From Octopus sinensis (Eukaryota): 64,000 nt of DNA. Where the stretch lies: contig NW_021832396.1 of NCBI RefSeq assembly GCF_006345805.1, positions 1-64,000 on the forward strand, given 5' to 3'. Below the pieces are notes generated by a model, which was not told where the DNA came from, searched no databases, and saw only the letters and a list, made by a program, of their open reading frames with translations. Numbering within the stretch: the stretch's first letter is position 1; each line of letters starts with the position of its first letter. The translations under genes were made by a program, and so were the position numbers. Positions 24,695 through 35,433 of this stretch are shown piece by piece.

Positions 24695-24943
24695 AAAATG
24701 TTGTGCTTGGAGGAAGTGCTAGACTTTCTATATATATTCCAAACATGAAGAGACCCACGGTGTGGAAATGTGGAAACTATAAATACGAATGTGACAGAAC
24801 ATGCGCTAATGGCCCTGAATATACAGTTACCCACAGTGGTAACCATTCTGTTCTTTGGATCCGAAAAGTAACAAAGGAATGTTTGACTTGGATGTTTGAA
24901 GACGACAATATTAATGTTGGAAAAATTCATTTGAAAATAAACA
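24695..24943 (+). CDS. Ig-like receptor exon 3: atypical Ig-like domain 1 (NVVLGGSARLSIYIPNMKRPTVWKCGNYKYECDRTCANGPEYTVTHSGNHSVLWIRKVTKECLTWMFEDDNINVGKIHLKIN)
   Basis: TTTCTTTATTTCAG acceptor and A|GTAAGG donor; 249 nt, phase 1-1, open. The G-x-S-A-x-L, C-strand W and L-x-I-x-x-V spacing is Ig-like. Confidence 0.85.
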
Positions 24944-24957
24944 GTAAGGAAATGATT

Positions 24958-24989
<32 letters not shown>

Positions 24990-26297
24990 GATAAATGTGC
25001 AAAAGCTACCTTTATCAAAGGAAAAAATGATAGAAATATCCAACGTTAAGTAATTTCTTTTATTTGCTACACAGGCTAAGGATAAGGGGACAACACAATG
25101 ATAGGCGTAAAGTGTAGGGAGTTTACATGTTATGCAATGATAATAAAATATATAAACGATTTAACTTAAACGAAGATAGGAAGTATAGATTGCATGCAAC
25201 AACAGGAGATAAAAGAAAGAGATGACAGTGTTGTGTCTAGGGATAACCAAGGAATTTCATCATCCAAGATCTCCCTGAACACCAAGGGCATGTGACCCCT
25301 CCGATTCCTACTCTCCAACCCAAACAACTGGTTGTTTTTAAAGAGGCACGGGTGCCTCTTGTGTGTCACTCGTACAAGTGTTTTTCACGTGTCACCGACA
25401 CTGGCCATGGCCACAATTTCACTGAGCTTGACTTGTCTTCTCAAGTACAGCAGATGGTCAGAAATCTCGGTCACTGGTCATTGCTTCTGTGAAACTCAAC
25501 ATCTAAACATCATATTTCACCGACCCGTCCCAAATCTTACCGAGTCAACCTCTTCCATGGTTTGCCTCCACAGTTAGAAATCGGTACTTCTTTACACAAC
25601 TGTCGTTGTACATTTAATTTTAGAATGACATTATCGGATAGTTGAGAAACTTTAATATGGGCCAGATATGGTTGGTTTAATCCTTCAAGGTTCAGATCAC
25701 TCTGTCAAGTGTAATGTTCATTCATTTGCATTGTTTTGAATTAATCATTCATTATCTTCTTACGACATTTTGATGATGTAATTGTTTATCTTTAAACTGA
25801 CATTGTAGGGTAGGAGTGAGAGGCTGGATCTGGCCAATTTGAACATAAAACAGGTAGAATATTTGGCGTGGATATGGCAAGTTTAAATACTAAACAATTA
25901 ATTCTTTAGCATTTAGATTAATCTATCAAATGTAATGCTTATAAATTCAAAATGTTTTGAATTAATTATTCATTATCTTGTAGATTTCAGATTTAGATGA
26001 TTGCTTAATTTTACAATGACATTGTAAGTTTGGTGTGAGAGGCTGGATCTGACCAGTTTGGATATAAGAAAGGTGAAACATTTTGGCCAGACATGGCCAG
26101 TTTAAATGCTAAATGGTTAATGTTTGAACTGAGAACCACATTTTCAATGCCTTCTCTCACACTGCCACTGTATATAATGTGTAATTAAATCTACTCGTGT
26201 TAATTACTATTTAATTATTGTAACAGAAATAGGAAACAATCTTGTTGATCGAATGTAAAATCTGAAATTCAAAAGTCCTTGTATTCATCTTCCACAG

Positions 26298-26354
26298 ATT
26301 TGGCAAATGCAAACGATTTGAGGACAGAAGGAGTTTATAATATCACCCAAAGTG
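26298..26354 (+). CDS. Ig-like receptor exon 4: linker (N)LANANDLRTEGVYNITQS(E)
   Basis: TCTTCCACAG acceptor and G|GTAAGT donor; 57 nt, phase 1-1. Its flanking introns are paralogous to those of exon 2. Confidence 0.78.
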
Positions 26355-27070
26355 GTAAGTGGATTACCTTATCCCCTTTCGCCTTCTAAACTAGACACAA
26401 CTTTTTCAAATCTCTCTTCTATTTCTTTCACTCAACTCATAAATTTTATTCACTGTTTCATTTGTGTTTTTTGATTTCTTAAAACATTTATTCCGACCAG
26501 GCAGTTCACTAGCACAACTCAGTCACTGATAGTGACTGCTCTTTAGATAAAACAACAGCTTTGAATCTGCTCAGGTTTATCTTTCTCTGGAGTTTCCTAT
26601 TGATAAAGGCTAATGAGCCAGAATCACTCATCGGGGAATCCACTAGAATAGTGGTTTTTAACCGGGGTCAGTATGGCTGTTGGGGGTCCATATAGGATTT
26701 TGTTGTTAAAATTTATGTACAATTAATTGGTTTTAGCTTTACAGTACACCAAATTTTTAATCAATTTTTTAAATACAATTCCTAATAATATTTAATTATA
26801 AAAATAGGATTTTTTAAAACATGAAATGGTTATAAGGGTCCACCTGAGTGAAATAGAAATCAAAAGGGTTGCATTGTGTTATAGGTAAGCACTGGGCAGA
26901 TATGGTGTTTTCACACCTTTTACCATCAGTGAGAAATCCTTCTCTTTGGTAAATGCAGTAAATTTGCCTTTAGAAGTTAAAATATGTCACAAACATATTT
27001 TAACTAAAGAGGGATTACTTATGATTGGCAGTTTCACTCTTAGGGCACAAATAATAATAATAATAATAAT

Positions 27071-27965
27071 CCTGGAAACATGGATCCTAGAAACAGTAGC
27101 CATGAACAAGGTAGCACCAATAATTATAAAATATATAAAACTCTCTATGAATAAATAGCGGACAGTGCTACAGCTCCAAACAAAAGGAGGACACATAAAA
27201 AGCAAAGCCTTTCTCATTAGAAGAGGAATATTCCAGGGAGACATGCTCTCTCCACTCCTTTTCTGCTTGGCACTGACAACTTTATCTGACATACTCAACA
27301 GAACTAGATGCAGATGGCAACAACAATCAGCCACCTCTTATATATATGGATGACCTAAAACTGTATACTACAAATGATAAACAGCTGGAAACATTATTAC
27401 AGGCAGTACATGGATTTACCAACGAAATAAATATGAAATTTAGCTTATAAATAAATATAAAATGTGCAAAACAATCTTGAAAAGAGGAAAACTAGTTAAG
27501 AGTAGCGACATCAAACTAAATAAAGCAAATGAAATAAGAGAATTAGAAGCCAGACATACAAATATTTGGGAATAAAAAAAAAGAATACTATAGACAAGTT
27601 AGATTAATACTGAAAACAGAGCTCAATGCAAAAAACAAGATAATAGGTATCAACACTTTAGCCGTCCCAGTTATAAGTTACAGCTACAATATCCTTAACT
27701 TGACACTAAAGGAACTAATCAAAATAGACAGGAAAACAAGAAATATAATGACAGGATCTAGGATGCACCACCTAAAATCTGACACAGAAAGACTATATAT
27801 GCAACGTATAGAAGGTGGTAGAGGCCTTATACAGCTGGTAAACTATTATAAATTAACCACCATAGGACTGCAAAAATACCTACTTCAGAAGCAAGGAAAA
27901 CTAATACAAATAGCCACAAAACACGAACAAAACAAAAAAAAACTGTTTTCAGTCTTTAAGGAAGC
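27071..27965 (+). mobile_element. Decayed internal fragment of the same R4/Dong family, starting at an intronic (AAT)n
   Basis: GIFQGDMLSPLLFCLAL, HLLYMDDLKLY, MHHLKSDTERLY..GGRGL. The paralogous intron has only (AAT)n at 23305-23340. Confidence 0.88.
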
Positions 27966-28813
27966 TGTCAAAAGAGACCGATAGAATAAGTACTGGGCTT
28001 CCAAAGAATAAGCTCTGGGGTTGATTTGCTCGACTAAAGGCAGTGCTCCAGCATGGCTGCAGTCAAATGACTGAAACAAGTAAAAAGAGTGAAGAGAATG
28101 TATGTACATAAATATTTCAAATTTTTTTGCCACAAGGGCAGCTTGCGGAAGGTGGGGATGAGTGGATTACAGTGACCCCAGTATGCCACTGGTACTTAAT
28201 TTATCAACCCCAAAAGGATGAAAGCCATAGTCGACCTCAGTGAAATTTGAATTCAGAACGTAGTGGCAGGTGAAATACCGCTTAGCATTTTGCTTGGCGT
28301 GCTAACAATTCTGCCAGGTTGCTGCCTTGACATATATATACATAACAACATACATAGAAATAAGAGCTAAAGTGTTCTGGTGCTGCAGTCAATGCACACG
28401 CTTGCATACATACATACTGGCAGCAACTACAAATGGGTGAAAGTGGCTGTCGTGGTATCCCTGGACTGTCGACAGTTTGGGTTTTAACACAGAAGCCTCA
28501 TCACCGACCCTGTTGTTGAGTGCTTATTTTAAGCATGGTACTTATTCTGTTGGTCGTTTTTGCCGAACTGCTAAGTTATAGGGATGTGAACACACCAACG
28601 CTGGTTGTAAAAACAGTGGTGGGGGACAAACACTGACACACACACACACACACACAGATGATGAACTTTTTATAGTTTCCGTCTACCAAATCCACTAGGT
28701 TTTGGTTGGACCCAAGGTTATTGTAGAAGCTTACCCAGGGTGCCATGCAGTGGGACTGAACCCAGAACCATGTGGTTGGGCTGTAATCTTCTTACTTGAT
28801 TTCTTTATTTCAG

Positions 28814-29062
28814 AAAATGTTGTGCTTGGAAGAAGTGCTAAACTTTCTATATATATTCCAAACATGAAGAGACCTGTGGTGTGGAAATGTGGAAACTATA
28901 AATACGAATGTGACAGAACATGCGCTAATGGCCATGACTATAAAGTTACCCACAATGGTAACCATTCTGTTCTTTGGATCCGAAAAGTAACAAAGAAATG
29001 TTTGACTTGGATGTTTGTAGATGACAATATTAATGTTGGAAAAATTCATTTGAAGATAAACA
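28814..29062 (+). CDS. Ig-like receptor exon 5: atypical Ig-like domain 2
   Basis: Same splice sites and length as exon 3; 236/249 nt identical; open, phase 1-1. Confidence 0.85.
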
Positions 29063-29076
29063 GTAAGGAAATGATT

Positions 29077-29362
29077 TATAATAATAATAACAACAACAAC
29101 AACAACAACAATCATAATGATAATAATAATGATAATAATAAAAATAATAATAATAATAATGATAATAATAATAATAATAATAATAATGATAATAATAATA
29201 ATAATGATAATAATAATAATGATAATAATCATAATAATCATAATGATAATAATAATAGTGATAATAATAATAAAAATAAAAATAATAATAATGATAATGA
29301 TAATAATAATGATGATGATGATGATGATGATGATGATAATAATAATAATAATAATAATAATA
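29077..29362. repeat. Compound (AAT/AAC/GAT)n microsatellite forming most of the Ig2-to-TM intron
   Basis: Direct inspection. Confidence 0.95.
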
Positions 29363-29452
29363 AGGTTGGGATCAAAAGGGTTCAGCCTTATTGATATTAC
29401 TATCTTTTCTTCAAAACAAAAAGTATCTGTTTTCTTGTAGGACTTGAAGCAG

Positions 29453-29655
29453 ATGAAGAAACAAAAGATTGTGAAGCTGATGGATCAGGAATACCCACCT
29501 CTACCATTGTCGTCATTTTTGTACTTTGTCTTGAAAACATCATTCTCATAATCTTGTGGTTCAAATTCAAATTGCCTCCTTACGATTGGTGCAGGAACCG
29601 TGTCACCCGCAGGATACCTCGTAATGAACCCCAGAATCAACAGGTTGAGGTATAA
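29453..29655 (+). CDS. Terminal exon A: stalk + TM + tail ((N)EETKDCEADGSGIPTSTIVVIFVLCLENIILIILWFKFKLPPYDWCRNRVTRRIPRNEPQNQQVEV*)
   Basis: Phase-1 acceptors at 29440 (TTGTAG) and 29452 (GCAG) are both in frame. A hydrophobic run is followed by basic residues; TAA at 29653-55. Confidence 0.78.
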
Positions 29656-30737
29656 AAATGCTATGTTTTGCGATTTTTTTTTCTTATAGACTTTCAATGA
29701 TTGTATTAGTATATTCTGTTGTGTCTGGGGAGAGTCATTTTCTTTTTGTGCCTTATGATGTAACACATTTGATGTAGTGGTTTAGTCTCATCTTTTCAAA
29801 AACCCTGCTCAAGTGGTGGGGGGGGAACAAACACAGACACAAAGACCCCTTCCCCCATACACACATATGTCTGTGATTATAATTTAATACAATTCATTTT
29901 TATTATGGATATTCATGTAATGCATGCAACTTGACACATAGTAACCACCCAGGGGCAATACCTGGGGCACATCTACACATGAATGCTCCAAAGACTTGCC
30001 TCATGACTTTCACAAAAATGTATATTTTTTAAGGAAATTTTCTACAAATCCACTTCAGATGGTGTAGATTCTTTTTATACTCGAATTTGATGTGACAAAA
30101 TTTTCTGCCAAAAAATGTGATTTTTTTCTGAAAGCTATTTCTAACAAGTCAAGAAACCACATAAAAGTTATGCTTGTGTTAATCTCCATGGCAATAGCAA
30201 TATGTGAACAATGGATGATTTCGATTGGCTAAAATTACTTAACTTTAAGTGCATGTAACTTTTTTATTATTTGTTTTTAGAAATAATGAGTGTGATTTTC
30301 ATTATCCGTATCCAAAACTCCATCAGAACTATAATTTTTTTAAGTAATCAGGTGAAAATAGGCGTATTGATACAGTTTTGTAAAGTAATGAATGCCATGA
30401 AATTCATTTTCACCATAGATCGATACATAAACAGCTAATATCATTTAAAATTTGCGAATTTTGGATAATTTTATGTAGGTGCCTGTTTCCATAACAACAA
30501 GCCAAGTTGCTTACCATGTGTTCTTTTTCTCACTTTTTAAAAGCTAGTGTTTGGAACACAAGTTTATTTGAAGTCTTGATGGAAGGTTTTATTTTAGATC
30601 TCTTTAAAACAGGGAATTCATACAATAAAAACAAAGGCAGTTTTCAGTAGGTTGGGATCAAAAGGGTTCAGCCTTATTGATATTACTATCTTTTATTAAA
30701 AACAAAAAGTATATGTTTTCTTGTTCATCTTTTGCAG

Positions 30738-31080
30738 ATGAGGGTGCCGGAAGCAGCAGATCAGCAAACGGATCAGGAAGCAGCAGATCAGCAAATGGAT
30801 CAGGAAGCAGATCAGCAATGGATCAGGAATCAGCAAAGCAGCAAATGGATCAGGAAGCAGCAGATCAGCAAATGGATCAGGAATCAGCAAAGCAGTTAAT
30901 GAATCTGGAACCAGCATCCCCACCTGCGCCGTAGTCATCATTTCTGTACTTGGTCTTGTAGCCATCCTTCTCATAATCTTCTCTGTCATATTCAAGTGGC
31001 TTCTTTACATTTGGATCAGGAACCGTGTCAACGAGTGGATATCTCCTAATGAATACCAGAATCCACCGGTTGAAGCATAA
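30738..31080 (+). CDS. Alternative/paralogous terminal exon B: Ser/Gly NGS-repeat stalk + TM + Tyr-containing tail; a 1-nt deletion near 30817 shifts the frame (allele or sequencing error)
   Basis: TTTTGCAG acceptor. Restoring one A gives ..GSSRSANGSG..VNESGTSIPTCAVVIISVLGLVAILLIIFSVIFKWLLYIWIRNRVNEWISPNEYQNPPVEA*. The 3' flank is closely similar to that of exon A. Confidence 0.6.
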
Positions 31081-32070
31081 AAATGCTATGTTTTTTTATT
31101 TTTTCTTCTTATAGACTTTCAATGATTGCATTAACATATTCTGTTGTGTCTGGGGAGAGTCATTTTCTTTTTGTGCCTTATGATGTAACACATTTGATGT
31201 AGTAGTTTAGCATCATCTTTTCAAAAACCCTGCTCAAGTGGTGTGGGGAATAACACAAACCCACCAACACCTGTTGTCAAGTAGTGGGGAGGGAGGACAA
31301 ACACAGACACAAAGACCCCTTCCCCCATACACACATATGTCTGTGATTATAATTTAATGCAACTCATTTTTATTATGGATGTTCAGGTAATGCATGCACC
31401 ATGACATATAGTAACCACCCAGGGGCAATACCTGGGGCACATCTACACATGAATGCTCCAATGACTTGCCTCATGACTTTCACAAAAATCTATATTTTTT
31501 AAGGAAATTTTCTACAAATCCACTTCAGATGGTGTAGATTCTTTTTATACTCGAATTTGATGTGACAAAATTTTCTGCCAAAAAATGGGATTTGTGTTCG
31601 TACGTATCCCACCAATTTAATTTTTCATATTAAATTCCGATATAATTACAATCTACAAACTCTGAAAGGAATTTGTAGAAATTTTCATTTTTCTGAAAGC
31701 TATGAAGAGACAAAGTCAGTGGAGCATATCTGTGTGTGTGTGTGCTAATTGGTTTCACATAAATATTTTTCATTATAATTTTAAAGACTACATTTTTATT
31801 ATTATTATTATTGCCTTTGTTTCAATAAATTTTGAAAATAAAGAATTCAATGAAATAATTTTGTCCTTACTAAGCTAGTGTTTGGAACACAAGTTTATTT
31901 GAAGCCTTGATGGAAGGTTTTACTTTAGATCTCTTTAAAACAGGGAATTCATACAATGAAAACAAGAGTGGTTTTCAGCAGGTTGGGATCAAAAGGGTTC
32001 AGCCTTATTGATATTACTATCTTTTATTAAATACAAAAGGGTATATGTGTTTATTGATCATCTTTTGAAG

Positions 32071-32700
32071 ATTAGCAAACAACAAGATTTGGATCTAATG
32101 TATCCAGATGTATCCTACTCACTACAGATAGCGAAACAACATTTAAGAAGTTGATTATCCGAGTGGGATCACTGCCAGAGCAGCTGTCTGGCTTCCGTTC
32201 CGGTGGGCACGTAAAAAGCACCATTTGAGCGTGATCATTACCAGCGTTGCCTTACTGGCATGTGAACAAAACATCCTAGCGAGGTCGTTGCCAGTGCCGC
32301 TGGACTGACTCCTGTGCACGTGGCACATAAAAAACCACCATTTCGAGCATGGCCGTTGCCAGTACCACCAAACTGGCCCTCATGCCGGTGGTACGTAAAA
32401 AGCACCCACTACACTCTCGGAGTGGTTGGGCGTCCAGCTGTAGAAACTCTGCCAGATCAAGACTGGAGCCTGGTGCAGCCATCTGGTTCGCCAGCCCTCA
32501 GTCAAATCGTCCAACCCATGCTAGCATGGAAAGCGGACGTTAGATGATGAGGAGGAGGAGGAGGAGGAACCAGCATATACATCTATGCCATAGCCATCCT
32601 TCTCATAACCCTGTTTGTCATAATCCGATGCTAACACTTCCTGTCCATTCCATACTTTCTAAAGAACACCAGAATTCAATGGAGGCATAAAAATGCTACA
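32071..32700 (+). pseudogene. Terminal pseudo-exon C, split by a Meta-like SINE
   Basis: The upstream intron is paralogous to those of A and B. A TAG stop follows the acceptor directly. GGATCA|SINE|GGAACCAGC is followed by GTSIYIYAIAILLITLFVIIRC*. Confidence 0.65.
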
Positions 32701-35107
32701 TTCTGTGAATTCCATTTTTCAACATTGGCCAACCTTGTTATAGACCTTCACAGATTTCCATGCTGGCATGGGGCTGGACGCTTTGACCAGAGGTCATCAG
32801 CTGAGAAGCTGCACCGGGTCCCTGTCTGATTCAGCTTCATTTCTATGGCTGGATGACCTTTCTAATGCCAACCACTCCTGAGAGCGTCCTAGGTGCTACT
32901 GGCAGGTGGGTTTTACCACATGGCAGAAGAACAAGCCAACCCTCTCCACTAGAGTGTGTTTCTTTAACACTCAGGCTGTGGTGGTTGGGTCCCCTTCAGT
33001 ACTTGTTGGCTATAATTTTAGAAACCCTGAAATTCAAATTCAGGAAATATTCTTTTCTGCTCTAAGCACAAAGCCCGAAATTTTGGGAGAGGGGATCAGT
33101 CGCTTAGGTCGAACCCAGTATGCAACTGCTACTTAATTTATTGACCCTGAGGGGCCGAAAGGCAAAGTTAACCTCAGAATGTAAAGACAGAAATACCTAT
33201 TTCTTTACTACCTACAAGGGGCTAAATACAGAGGGGACAAACAAGGACAGACAAACGGATTAAGTTGATTATATCGACCACAGTGCGTAACTGGTACTTA
33301 TTTAATCGAGCCCGAAAGGATGAAAGGCAAAGCCAACCTTGGCGGAATTTGAACTCAGAGCGTAGTGGCAGACAAAATACTGCTAAGCATTTCGCCCAGC
33401 ATGCTAATGTTTCTGCCAGCTTGCCGCCTTAGATATTTTTTTATTCAAAATTCAGGAAATATTGAATTTTAAAGAAATAATAAATAAAAACAAAAAGATG
33501 GTAGAATTTTGTTTATAAAATTTTATTTTCGCTTCTGTAAATTTCATCATGAAATTCAAATCTGTCCTGATGCTTAGAACTTGTCAGAGACACAGCATTT
33601 ACATAAAAGTATACGTCATACATAAAAGAAAAAACAAAAAAAACAATGTACATATAGCAACAAGAGCACACACGGAGAAAAGGGGGCAAACTTAGGGTTT
33701 CTAGTATTGGGGGGGGGGCTGTTACACAGACACGTACACACATGCACTGAAACGTGTGTGTATAAACTGTGCCCAACACAAGAGCTTGTTAAAAACCTGC
33801 AATACAAATTGTGTGTGCGCGTGTGTATATATACATACATATACACACACATAAATACATATACGTATTTACTCATACACACATATATATATATAATATT
33901 AGGGAGTATATCCAAACTTATTACTTATTATATTATATTTAACTTTTGGTTAGTTAAAAAAAAAGGTTAAAAGTTTAAGAATTTAAAAATTTTAAATTTA
34001 AAAATTTTAAATATAAATTAAAAATTTTTTAATTTTAAATTTTATATATATATATATTGTATATTATATTAATTATATTTATTTTTTGCTTTTATGTTTT
34101 GGTTTATGTCTATCACTGTTTGAGTTGCCTAATAGTGGCTTTATCTCTAATTTATATATATATATATATTAATAAATGAAATAAAACATCTGCATATATA
34201 TAAACATATATGTACGTACCTACCTCTACATGTACATATACACGCATATATGAGTACAGGACACCAAAAGGAAGTCGAACACAATGAGAAACGGAAACAT
34301 AGACACAAACCAAAGGAACTGGACATTTATTAAAAAACAGCAAATATATATATAAGGGGATGAAAACAATTTTATTCAAATTTCTTGGTACTTCAAGTTT
34401 CAAAACATGACGCTAATCTTAGAAATTTCCAATGGCTAACAATTAGCATCAAGCTTTGAAACTCGAAGTACAAAGGAAACTAAATGAAACAAATTTGATC
34501 CACACATGTAACTCCCAATGAATGATTTGAGTGCCCTTCTTTTGTTTCTCCACTCATATATATATATATACACACATAATATATAAGGAATTAAGATCTC
34601 ATTACAGACCAAACTATAAACTCTTAGTAAAAGACAGTCTAAAAGCTTGAAAAAGCTATTAACAAAGGCAAGGTTTGGCCTTAGCAACAAAGACCAACCA
34701 TTCACTGTGTCTATAGGCAATGATAACCGGTGTTGTACATGCCAATTAATTCATACTGGCCCATGTATGAACACAAAAAATGTGTTGTAGTGTCCCCAAT
34801 GTATTGTAGTGTCCTCTCTGTCTAAACTCGTATGGTGAATAAAAAATAGTACAGTTGAAACCAATGAACATGACCGTCACCAAAACCATATGAACCTGAA
34901 GATTGCATAAATGCAAGAAAGTATACTAGTCCAATAAGAATGGACAATTAATATTTCATTTGTTCGTTAAGAATGGACAATTAATATTGCGTTTCATACC
35001 TTTTTACTGTTTTATTTTATATGATTATAAATAAAATGTGAAAAACAGAGTTGGAATTCCTTTGAGTAGTATATTCTTCTATACACAATCATACATACCC
35101 CTTTGTA

Positions 35108-35179
<72 letters not shown>

Positions 35180-35238
35180 CACCGTGACTGACCAGGCTAT
35201 CAGATGTTGGTACACACCGCTGGTCACAGTGCGCTTCG

Positions 35239-35433
35239 CATTGTTTTCGCCTTCAAATGACAGGTTTATCACAAAATCGACATTCAAGAGAAAACATCCA
35301 GCTCAAGTTATGGCTTCGGGTGTTGTGGCTTCCGATGGAAAGAAAATTCCTATAAAATTCTACAAAGCTGATGAAAAGATCAATGTTAATACTTACTAAA
35401 AGACTCAGAGATACCAGGTATTGACATGGCTTA
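35239..35433 (+). pseudogene. Tc1/mariner-superfamily transposase fragment (copies at ~36960-37155 and ~42431-42626)
   Basis: KHPAQVMASGVVASDGKKIP..KADEKIN..Y*..RYQVLTWL. All three copies share the same stop. Confidence 0.8.

Noticed and set aside
28702-29394. 230-aa ORF with a poly-Asn tail as a stand-alone gene (likewise 24703-25053)
   Set aside because: It starts in a SINE remnant, crosses a clear acceptor and donor, and ends in a microsatellite. Only 28814-29062 is a credible exon.
30677-30934. MDQESAKQQ-repeat ORF as an independent protein
   Set aside because: It is the shifted frame of TM exon B downstream of the 1-nt deletion, and its start lies in intron sequence.
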